Origin: Selaginella moellendorffii
Lineage: Eukaryota > Plantae > Lycopodiophyta
Direction of reading: 5' to 3'
Assembly: GCF_000143415.4 (NCBI RefSeq)
Contig: NW_003314431.1
Location: 64,597 to 128,255 of the forward strand
Length of the DNA stretch: 63,659 nt
The position numbers were made by a program, and so were the translations under genes. Below are positions 1 to 11,713 of this stretch, in pieces (position 1 is the stretch's first letter; the number at the start of each line of letters is the position of its first letter). The notes under the pieces were generated by a model. The model did not search any database, was not told where the DNA came from, and saw nothing but the letters and a program-made list of their open reading frames with translations.

Positions 1-2220
1 CAACCTCCTCATAGACAAAGTTATAGTACGGGTACCAACATCTCAGCCACAAACAACTAAGTTGGACATCACCATCCTCAGCCAAGGAGCAGGGCCACCA
101 AGACTAAGTCAAGACCAGTGAGAGCTCACTACTCTCATAGAGTTTAATGAAATGCAAGGTGCAATCTGCCACCAAGCACAATGCTATAGAAGAAAGGCAC
201 AAGGGTCACCTTCTTAGAAAAACGCAACGGCCACTTTTCTACACCAACTCCAGACTTTATCAACTTAATTGCTTTAGCCCCAAAAATTAGCGTCCCTTTC
301 GGGTTGCATCATATAAACTACCTACTAAGGTCTAAGCCAACCGAAGTCAACTCCAACCCCTTCACTAGTTTGTACTGGCTTACGAAAACGGAATGGTTTT
401 CGAGCAAAATGATCTATAGATCAGCCATTGGAAAAGTCTAAGAAAATTTGTGGAAAATTTTCTATCCTAGAGAAAGAATGACTCTCAGTCTAGAAATACA
501 AACTTTCAAGACTCAACCAACTTCCTCCTACTTACAACTTCACATAGGTTCACCTCAACACAAATTCTTATGATCCAACAATATGCTTAAGCATCGAACA
601 TTTTTTTGCTTATAATTTTGACATCAAACTCTGATATCCGCAAAAATGCAAAATGAACATCAAAGGCTTGATCACAAAGACCACATCTTTAAATATCCAT
701 ATTGCACTAACACTCTTCTTCAATCACCTTCAAGATCCAATGTAAAGCCAAAACACTAACAAGAAAAATGACATGGAAAATCAAGCTCTAAAGAAAAATT
801 CCTCATCACTCGAAATAATAATGCCACTTCCACCAACGCAAGTGCTAGCGATGTCAATGCTTCAACTACACACCTTCTCCATCCAAAAATCTACTCTAAG
901 TGCTAACAGATCAACCGATGAGCTATAGCAAATGAATGCTACAACCCTTTTCCAACATCTCATGGGCAAACTCAAGGAACTAAGGGACCAACTTAAGCTT
1001 AGCATAATGGACCACTATCGAGAATCCAGTCAAAGCTACTACAATGCTACTTCGTGCAAGTAGACTAGCTTCACCATCAACCACTTTGGGGTTGATTATC
1101 GTTTAATTAGCAACTTCGTAAACACATTGTTCATTATCACATGGATATGATATAAGTATTACAATGACTTGATCATCAATGAAGCAACACTATGAGCAAT
1201 GCCTATGTCACTACTATAAAGGTTTATGTGAGTATCAAGTGTCAACTCGATTCGATAAAATGCAACATAAATGCCACACCCCATCGATAGAGATTTACAA
1301 CACCTAACACTACTAACTTTTGTTCACAACACAAACAAGCTCATGCCACTCTCTTTCTGACCAAACGCAAAACTTAATCTATCACCAAGCTATTCAAGGA
1401 GCAATAGCAAGGTTCCCCGGAAAAGAATTAAGCATTGCAACCCAAGTCTTCAATAGTAAGCCTAGACAAAATGGTTCAGCGTTTCACCACTATCCATCCC
1501 ACAACTCACCATTGTAAGACCATCATCTCCAATATGCATCAAGATAGGAACTCTTGATTGCATAATATGAACACGAGCAACGAGTTAACACCTTGTTGCA
1601 AATCATCCTCCAAGAAGAGAAAATGATTTACGTGTTTGATTTTTCGTCCCTGACAACTCTCTTTTTGGTTTTATCTTTGACTAAACTTCAAGCTTGCTTT
1701 CACACTGCCTTCAGTTCAATCCAAGAAAAGTTTATGAGAGAGCACGGCAATGATTACTTGAATCAATAGACTCATCCCTACAGTCTTGATTAATTCACTT
1801 GTAATCATGCCTAGGAAGGATCCACTAGTGCTGTGCTAAACAGCTATGGACCAACCTATTTGCCACTCATAGCAAACCCAGGGAAGGTTTACTTTCACCC
1901 ACAGTACATCAAACAACTCATGAAACCACCGATAGGCTAACATTAATCCTGCCAACTCAAAGTATAACCTTGAGTTGCTAATGTGCCTCACTCATGAGCC
2001 CAAGCTCAAACTCGTGCTAACAGTACAACTTATTCCATCCTATGAGCCCAAGAGCAAGCTCACATTATCACGGTACAAAAAGGTAACAAAAACCATACCC
2101 AACGAACGATTGCGAAGCCTTTGCACCAAAACGTGTACCCACTCGGATCATCATTTTCATCTTTGCATATGCAATGAGACTAGTTGCCAATCTCATTGGA
2201 TAATACTCACTAAGACGTAT

Positions 2221-2232
2221 CCTCTGATACCA
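2221..2232 (-). other. Primer-binding site, tRNA-iMet type
   Basis: cctctgatacca is the reverse complement of TGGTATCAGAGG, 2 nt from the LTR end. Confidence 0.85.
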
Positions 2233-2234
2233 AA

Positions 2235-3363
2235 TGTAGCGTATGTGGTTTTAACCCTTTATCCTATGGTGATTTACCATAAGATAACACCACGAAGCGG
2301 AACCTAAACCCTCTTTATGCCACGTGACATATGCCATATGTCCAAAGGACAGTGGTGCGGAACCCAAGGTTCATGGCTTAGGCCACTGAACGAAGGAACA
2401 GTGCCAAACTCCCAAGCATAGAGCCAAGGAGTGAAAGAACCGAACCACAAAGCAACTCCTGAGCATACAGCCCAAGAAGCAAAGGGACAGGAGCCTAGAG
2501 CGACTTGGAACAGTCCTAGAGCAACCAGCATCCCAATGCCAGGACCAGCACGCAAAATGGAGCCAAACGAAGTCTAGTGTTATTTCGGCATACCGATGGC
2601 TAACGCGAGGACATGGGTACTCCACCAGCTAGCATGTTGTGGAGTTTGGGCTTGGACCCAAGCCGGACGCAGAACAAGGACAGGCACACAAGCAGAAGCT
2701 AAACTATACCTCAGATTGGTCAGCCATGCCCGACCTACCCACTATCCCTACTATACATTTGGAACCCCCCACAGCCCCCCCTCCTTGAGGAACACACGCT
2801 TTGGGCTTTCACCCCAAGCCTCCTTTAGTATCAAGAGTTAGTCTTTGGGACAAGCTTGAAACTTACTAAATATGGAATGGTGATAGATTGCGAATTTGAA
2901 CACGGGACAAACATCGTTATGTTCAGGACAATCTCTACATTCCATAGATATGCCAAATGAGTGAATCTAGACACTTTCCATAAATAGCATTTGGGACCGA
3001 AATGAGACTAACACAAAAGGCATGATAGCGAAGGTGTTTGGTAGACACGGTAAGCTATCATCTAGTGATATTGAGGGACTAATCTCAATACACAAGGGTT
3101 TTTGTCACTAGCCAGTGCAAGACATAACGAGATAGGAACTCCTTACCGAGCTAAGTATGCTTAGCTAATAATACGTAGGAATTCCGTCCTTATGCTCGTC
3201 CTGTCTAAGTACACTCGAAATGCCCAGTTAACTCCACTAGCACAAGAGGGACTAATAAAGGGTCCAGCAATACCGACCTCCTGCCGTCATGGTAGTAAGT
3301 AAAGAGTGTTCATAAGGACTGGCCGACAGGTAACTTTCGATACCCGAAGTCACATTCGCGACA
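2235..3363 (-). repeat. 5' LTR of family A copy B (~1.13 kb)
   Basis: TGT...ACA termini; colinear with 7361-8491 and, inverted, with 19591-20506. Confidence 0.85.
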
Positions 3364-6300
3364 CTTATGTTCGTCCAACCAAGTACAGATGCAAAGTTCA
3401 GTTTACTAACACTTGAACAAAAGGGACTAATAAAGGGTCTAGCAATACCGACCTCCTGCTATCGTGGCAATAAGGAAAGAGTGTCCGTAAGGATTGGCCG
3501 ACAAGTATCTTTCAATACTCAAAGTCATATTTGCGACACTCTCCCGCCCTAGAGAAGATCAACGTCTTTATCGATGCATACTCTAGTCTAGAATACTGCC
3601 AAGGAAACAACTCTAGAAAAAAGTTCACGATATTCACACTATGTGAGAAATGCACCAACTTAAATGAGTTAGGGTAACCTTTTTGTCTAATGCGGATGTG
3701 CTACCCACTCAGACACCTTCTGACCGTCACCAATAAGGAAATGACCAACGGAGTTAGCCACTCTTGTTGCTCTGGGTGTCATCCAGCTTACAAAAGTGTG
3801 ATACACCCCTGCCTACAGAGATATAGAGAGAGAAGCCTGTTGGTAAGGTTTAAATAAACTACTGTAAACAAGCAATTAGAGTTATTTACATAGTCATACC
3901 CTTTTTAATGGAATAAGGAACATCGACAAAGAGGCGGGTGATGTGACTAGTCTATAGAACTATACTGGCCTAAAGTCAGATTAATAGATGAATAATATCA
4001 AAGTTAGAGACAATGATATCTTAGAGACTTAATTATTAGTGATTAAAGCTTAAATTTGAACATAAAAGTATTCCAAGTAAGTTATCATCTGATAAACTAG
4101 TATTAGAGTATAGGAACCACCAAGATCACTATAATTGGAAAACATAGGATTTACCATCCAACAAAATTCAATAGCTAGTGTATCATCAAGGAAACTCAAT
4201 GATGAAACTTAACTATCAAATATTGTAAACAGAATGCCAAATAACATACAAAAAATAACTCAAAGAACACAAAGTATTATTAACTAACAAGCAAAATGCT
4301 CGTGAATGTATCACCCAAAGGAAAAACCATCCTAATCTATCAAAACTAACTCGAGCAACAATCAACAGAACAGAATAAATGTGGTAAGACCAACAAACAC
4401 TCATTTATGCCAACTATTGCACTAGTCAATCTAAATAGATCCCAATCAACAATACCAAGAAACCAAAATTGCTCAAACAAGCGTTAGCAACATCCTACAG
4501 ATGTCTCAAACCCAAGCAAAGCAAACCACAAAGAACATGTGATATTGCAAAAAGCCAAAAGCTATCAAAGAGATAGCTGACCATCACAAAAGATCATCAA
4601 TCATCCTATCAATAAAAAGATGCATAATCATTGTCGAAAAAAATAGGAATCTACCATCCCGCAAAATGGCAAATCATTCTATATCAACAATAATCATGCC
4701 AAAATCTTTGACAAGGATAATCAATTATTCTAGATGAAAGTCAATCATCACTAATGATTGCTAAATGCAAAAACCCATTGAAGCTAATAAGCCAAAATGC
4801 CTTCCTTAACAACTCCTAACAAATGGAATAATGAACATAAAACTCAAAGAACCAAAAGCTTGAAAAAGTCTATCCCAAGTCTTGCCTAATAATGATTACA
4901 AGTTTTGCATAAATTAACTTCAATGTTAAAAAAGAAATCATAGTACAACTAATAATATCCTCCTCAACACATCCATAAGCTAAATTTCATAATGCAAAGC
5001 TAATGAAGAGCATATTTACATCAATTCAAAAGATAAGTACAATTGAGCTATGCTCAACAAGTGATCATTAAACGATCCACCATGAATCCATCTATAGCAA
5101 GATGTAACTCACTTCACAACAAGTACAAGGAGAATTATTAATGATCAATATATTCCAACTCAAATCCAATAAAGATTTAAACATTTCAATATTAATCACT
5201 AACTTTTCCTCTCATAAAGTTAGCATAGTCCACGACTGAATCACTTTTCAAGGAAAAGCTCAAAACTCAACCTTACTAAATAATCTCGTTTAAAATACAA
5301 CTAACTTAAACTTGTCATTCAACTTGTTTGAACGCCGACATAATTGCTAGTTAGCAAATGCACGAATGCTAATAACACAAAGCCATAGCCAAATCATCAA
5401 CACTATCTTTATCAAGACTAATGAAACTCAATATCAACCCTACGGAAAGACATCTCATTTCACTCACATCTCAACATTAACAATGTCAACAACAAGGCAT
5501 CACTTAAATGCCATCAACACAAGACCAAAGCTAAAAGAAAGCAAGAGTGAATCACCACTTAAAACTCTCTAACAACTAAGCTAACGAAAGTCGAAGATAC
5601 TTTACTTAGTATCTAAGACTAATCCTTCAACAATACTCAGTTTTAGATAACACATCATCAAGAAGTGATTCACCACATCTAAGACTCAATGAAATCTAAC
5701 ACTACAAACTAAACGCAACTAAATAATATTGATAAAGGTAGAATCGATATACTAACATAGAAAAACCATATAAGTTTAATGACACAATCCTCCGCAACAC
5801 TATCCAGTAAAACAAGTCCATCACTGCTAAATCATTATCGAGTGAAGCAAGTGTCAAATAGTCCTTGACAAAGTTTACAAGCAATCATTAGTTGCAAAGC
5901 AACTAACAATCACTCTTTAACTTGCCTTCACAAGACCCGAACACTAAACTTATATCATCGAGTTATATACTTGTCTAACATGAATATAATACCCCAGATA
6001 TGAGATGAAGGTTCATAGACAAGCACAAACTAAATGACCACTCAAATCCAATTCAACCTTAATAAGCTCACTAATGCATTTAGCTAATAGCTTTGAGCAT
6101 GCCTTGAGGAGGCTAGCTATGCACTTAGTCGAAACTAAAGTGAAGACCATGAGATGGATTTATATTGGTACACAACCTCCTCATAGACAAAGCTATAGTA
6201 CAGGTACTAACATCTCAACCTCAAACAACTAAGTTCGACATCACCATCCTCAGCCAGAGCTACCAAGACTAAATCGAGAGCTCACTACTCTCATAGAGTG

Positions 6301-8491
6301 TTAATAAAATGCAAAGTGTAACCTGCCACCGAGCATAATGCTACAAACGAAAGGCATAAAGGTCACCTTTCTTAGAAAAACACAACAACCACTTTTCTAC
6401 ACCAACTCTAAACTCTATCTAACTCAATTGCTTTAGCCCCAAAAGTCAACATCTTTTTTAGGTTGTATCAAACAAACTAATTACTAAAGTTTAAGCCAAC
6501 CAAAGTCAATTCCAACCCCTTCACTAGTTTATACTGGCTTACGAAAACAGAATGGTTTTGGGACAAAGTGATCAATAGATCAACCATTGGAAAAGCCTAA
6601 GAAAATTTGTGGAAATTTTTCGTCATAGAGAAAGAATCATTCTCAGTCTAGGAATGCAAACTTTCAAGACTCAACCAACTTTCTCTTACCAACAATTTCA
6701 CATAAGTTCACTTATAATGTGAACACGAGCAATAAGTCACACTTCGTTGCAAATATGATTTACATGTTTCGTCCTTGATAACTCTCTTTTCGGTTTTATC
6801 TTTGACTAAACCTCAAGCTTGCATTCGCACTGCCTTCAATCTAATCCAAGAAAAGTTTATGAGAGAGCATGGCAATGACTACTTGAATCAATAGACTAAT
6901 CCCTACAGTCTTTGATTGATCCACTTTTAATCATGCCTAGGAAGGATCTACTAGTGCCATGCTAAATAGCTTTGGACCAACTTATTTGCCACTCATAGCA
7001 AACCCAGAAGAGGTTTACTTTCACCCATGGTACATAGAACAACTCATGGAACTATCGATAGGCTAACATTAATCTTGCCAACTCAAAGTGTAACCTTGAG
7101 TTGCTAATGCACCTCACTTACGAGCCCAAGCGCAAACTCGTGCTAACGAAGCATCTTAATCCCACTTATGAGCCCAAGAGCAAGCTCACATAACTATGGT
7201 ACAAAAGGTAACTAAATCTATACACAAGGAACAATTGCAAAGCCTTTGCACCCAAATGTGTACCTACTTGGATCATCATTTTCATCTCTGCATATGCAAC
7301 GAGACTAGTTACCCAACCTCATTGGATAGTACTCGCTGAGACTCATTCTTTAATACCAAATGTAGCACATGTGGTTTTTACCCTTTATCCTATGGTGATT
7401 TACTATAGGATAACACCACGAAGCAGAACTTAAACCCTCCAAGTGCCACGTGTCATATGCCATGTGTCACATGCCACGTGTTCAAAGGACAATGGTGTGG
7501 AACTTGAGGTTCAGGGTTTTGGGCCACTGAATGAAGAAACGGTGCCAAACTCCCAAGCATGGAGTCAAGGAGTGACGGAACCGGACCATGGAGCAACTCC
7601 TGAGTATACAGCCCAAGGAGCAAAGGGACAGGAACTCAGAGCGACTTGGAACAGTCCTAGAGCAACCAACATCCCATTGCTAGGACCAGCATGCAAAACG
7701 GAGCCAAACGGAGTCTAGTGCTATTTCGACATATTGGTGGCCTAACACAAGGACATGGGTACTCCACCAGCTAGCATGGAAGGGAACTTGGGCTTAGACT
7801 CAAACCGAATGTAGAACAAGGATAGGCACACAAATGGGAGCTAGACTATTCTTTAGGTTAGTCAGCCATGCCCAACTTACCCACTATCCTTACTATACAT
7901 TTGAAACCCCCCCAAGGAACACACGCTTTGGGCTTTTACCCCAAGCCTCCTTTAGTATCAGAAGTTACTCTCTGGGACAAGTTCGAAACTTATTAAATAT
8001 GGAATGTCCTTAGATTGCAAATTCGAACACGGGACGAACACCATTGTGTTTAGAACAATCTCTACATTCTATAGATATGCTAAATGAGCAAATCTAGATG
8101 CTTTTCATAAATAGCATTTTGGACCGAATTGAAACTAACACAAAGGGCATGATAGTGAAAGTGTTTGGAAGACACAATAAGTTATCATTTAGTGAATATT
8201 GAGGGACCAATCTCAATATCGTGAGGGTTTTTGTTAAGCTAGTGCAAGATAGAGCAAAAGAAAACTAACAAGCCGGGCCAAGTATGCTTAGCTAAATAGA
8301 CACTTAGAAATTCCTTCCTTATGTTTGTCCGGCTAAGTACAGATGCAAAGTCTAGTTTATTAACACTTGAACAAGAGGGATTGATAAAGGGTCTAACAAT
8401 ACTGGTTTTCTGCATCGTGGTAATAAGGAAAAAGTGTTCATAAGGACTAACTGATAAGTATCTTTCGATACCCGAAGTCACATTCGTGACA
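3364..8491 (-). mobile_element. Family A LTR retroelement, copy A (5' LTR 8491-7361, decayed PBS ~7358-7347, ~3.8-kb internal region, PPT 3550-3539, first 175 bp of the 3' LTR 3538-3364)
   Basis: LTR termini TGT/ACA. Purine tract AGGGCGGGAGAG directly before the 3' LTR start. 3364-3538 matches 8317-8491. The 3' LTR is interrupted by copy B. Confidence 0.8.
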
Positions 8492-8789
8492 CTATAAAAG
8501 TATTTAAAATATTAAGTAGTCAAATCAAAATATGACAGCTGTAATAGTAGTTATAATAAAATGATAAAGCTTTATCAAAAATAAGTTCTTATGAACTTTG
8601 TCTTTTTTAAACAATTCAATCTTATAGAAACTTTTGACTCAGATATTTATGTATTTAAATATTTTAAAGTTTGCTAGAACTTTCATTTGTTCAATTTATA
8701 TTTCCTTTGTAAAACTTTTAGTTAATCATGTTGACTTGAGTTGATTTGTGTTGAATTGAGCTCAACTTGTGAGCTCAACTCAACTTTAG

Positions 8790-11713
8790 ACCTTTCCTAG
8801 GTTTAGAAATCAATCTTGATGGAACTATCCAATAGTGCTTATAAACTGACTTGAGGTTAGGACTGGGGGTTAGGGGCCTTGGAATGAGCATGGATTCAGG
8901 TGGTGCCAAAGAAGCCACCCAAAGAAGTGCTCAAGAGTAGCTCCCACTCCCAGAAGATAAACCAATTGCAATGCTCCTGGCTCATGTGGAGTGGTACCCC
9001 ACATGAGTACTATGCGGCTCATTGGTCCTTAGGCCTTTCCTTCGGGATTTAAGTGGGAGAGTAGGGGTATTTATATTGGGCCGTTAGGCCACGGTGTTTC
9101 CCCCTAGAGTCCCAAAGCAAGCAATGCACCCAAAGCTTGGGACCCTAAACCCTAAATCTATGATCAAGTCTTGTTGTACCAAGAGATGTTAGGAACTTGG
9201 AAGGTTGGTGTGCTTGGTTACTTGTGTCTGTGGGGAGTGTAACCAAAACTTAATTCTAGTCTAACTCAAAAAGGTGAATTGAGAGAGAATTTTGGAATCC
9301 ATGGATGGATGGCTAACACTTTGTTGCTCATGCAGTGAGTAGGTGAAACCAAGTAGGACTAAGTATGAGCTGGTATAATAGGCGGGAACCTTGGTAAGCG
9401 AACTTAACTAAGGCCAAGGCAATAATAATCGGATAGATGAGGTAAGTTGGCAAATTGGAAAGGTAAAATTTATGGCTTATAATTTAGTATCAGAGATTTT
9501 TCCTCAATTTTAGTGAAGGATAGAGGCAGATTATTGAGAGATGGCTAAAGCAGGGTGTGATAGAACCAAGGCAGAGATGGAACCTCCTCCAGAGTTAGAG
9601 CATTTAGTCAAACAAGAAGTTATGGATGAGGAATCCTTATATGAGAAGAACTTCAGTAAAGAAACTTCCAAATAAGAGTTTGGTGGGAGGTTTGGTCATC
9701 CAAGGCTTGATTGGATGTTCTAGAAGGATAATTGGCATAAACCAATATCCTGCTAAAGGTTGTACACAAGCTAAAGCTTGACGAGAAGCGAAAGAAAAGG
9801 CAAAATATTGCAAATGCTAGTAGTGCAGAAGGCAGAGACCTTTTACCGGGGACTAAGGCAGAACCGAACAAAGTCAAAAAAACTGAAGTAGAATTAGTGC
9901 CTCAAATAGTTCTCAAATACAAACCAAAGCCCCCACTAGTCTTCAAAGGAGTAAATGACTATAAAATGGTGGAGGATTGGTTTTACGATATAGAGGATTA
10001 CTTCTGAGTATTGCGTTTACTAAACTCGGAAAAAGTCTTATGTACAAAACCATACTTAGCAAATAATGCTAAGTCTTAGTGGAAAATAATAGAGGCTAAC
10101 AAAGGACTAGTGGCTATTTGGGAAGTCATAACTGTGGAAATCCATACAACTTATGTTCCTCTGAATACTACTCTACACCTAGTTGAACAGGTTGAAACAG
10201 ATAAGAACCATTCAAGAGTATGTGAATGGGTTTATGGCTAAAAAGATCTTTGTCATGGATATAGATGACATGGATATGTTCCATGTTTTCATATCAAACT
10301 TATAGACTTAGGCTCGAGGTGAAGTAATGCATTGAAACCTGGCCAACTATAAGGAAGCATTGAATGCAGCTATCAAGGTGCATTTCAATGATAACTTACA
10401 AAAAAGGAACACAACAGGATCAAGATCCACATTTAACAAAGGAGCCAAACCAAGGGGGAATTAAACCTAAGCCGGACGCAGAACATTAGCCATACCCAAC
10501 CTACCCACTATCCCTACTATATATTTGGAACCCCTTACAGCCTAGTTCCTTGATCTAATCTACACAGAACCAAACTCTAGTTCCAGGGATCCTCCCCATA
10601 TGCTCTTTTCCGATTTCAAGCATGTCGAAACTGGACCTCTATGGTTTTTAAGAGGATAAATATGAAAAGCCTCATTAGACAAAGGGCATGATAGTGAAGG
10701 TGTTTGGTAGATATGGTAAGCTATCATCCAGCAATATTGAGGGACTAATCTCAATATGTGAGGGTTTTTGTCAAGCTAGTGCAAGACAGAGCAAAAGAGA
10801 ACTAACAAGTTGGGCCAAGTATGCTTAGCTAAATAGAAACTTAAAAATTCATTCCTTATGCTCATCCAGCCAAGTACAGATGCAAAGTCCAGTTTATTAA
10901 CATTTAAACAAGAGGGACTGATAAAGGGTCCAGCAATACTAACCTCCTATTGTCATGGTAGTAAGGAAAGAGTGTCTATAAGGACTAGCCGGCAGATAAC
11001 TTTTGATACTTGAAGTCATATTCGCAACATCTAACTTATAAAGAATTTGGAGGAGCACTTTGATGAGGCTTGTCAACTTGATAATGACAAACATAGCATT
11101 GAAGAAGTCCTTTGGTCAAGAATTGTTATGATGATTGTTATGGATATAAAGGTAAACACAAATATCACAAATAAGTCTATGATAACTACTTTGGAAGTAA
11201 AATTGTTTTATAAAGAACTAAGCTTGGACATTTTAAGGTTGATTATCCATAACTAAAGAATAAGCAATAGAGCAAGAAAAATAATCAATCTTTTAATAAT
11301 GATAAGTAAGATAATAAGAAGTTGTAAAATTTGTAGTATAAGGATGACAAAGAAGACTATTTCAACCAGATGGAAAGGCTTTCAATCATTGTTCATCAAC
11401 TTAACTATGTGTGGAACAAAATGAAGGTTTAGGACATTTATGTATCAACTTCAATGCTAGAGGGCATATTTTGTGGCAACCTTATGTATATTTCATTGGA
11501 TAGTGGGATTGATAACAACTTTATTTTGGCAAAGTTTATTGATCTAGTTATATAAGAAGTTTTTTCATATATAGTGAAAAGTGTAATTACCCTTACAAAA
11601 AGATAATAAAGAATAAAATGCCAATACCTTATATGAATGATATCTTAAATAACTTTGGTGAAGCCCAAGTGTTTACCAAGATTAATTTGAGAAGTATATA
11701 TCATTATATTGCA
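8790..11713 (+). mobile_element. Decayed Ty3/gypsy remnant (LTR to ~9481, PBS 9485-9495, gag relic ~9541-10460, RT relic ~11600-11713)
   Basis: TAGTATCAGAG (one mismatch to the iMet PBS) follows the LTR. Gag-like VEDWFYDIEDYF near 9970-10005. RT-like FGEAQVFTKINLRSIYH near 11655-11705. The LTR is homologous to 11714-12210 in inverted orientation. Left boundary is approximate. Confidence 0.7.
10462..11029 (-). repeat. Truncated family A LTR fragment inserted in the gypsy remnant
   Basis: Homologous to 2655-2780 and 3015-3363; ends in ...ttcgcaaca (LTR 5' terminus TGT on the minus strand). Confidence 0.75.

Larger units (their letters stand above)
1..3363 (-). mobile_element. Family A LTR retroelement, copy B (5' LTR, PBS and internal region running off the left edge); apparently non-autonomous
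   Basis: LTR 3363->2235 reads TGTCGCG...GCTACA on the minus strand. It is followed by TGGTATCAGAGG (2232-2221), a tRNA-iMet PBS. Internal 1-2220 is homologous to 6172-7346. No recognisable gag/pol motifs. Confidence 0.8.

Noticed and set aside
2221-3550. Tandem array of elements sharing one LTR (PPT-LTR-PBS)
   Set aside because: There are two LTR 5' termini of different subfamilies (3363 and 3538); nested insertion explains this better.
9143-9156. Interstitial telomere
   Set aside because: Only two CCCTAAA units; telobox-like motifs are common in plant promoters and LTRs.
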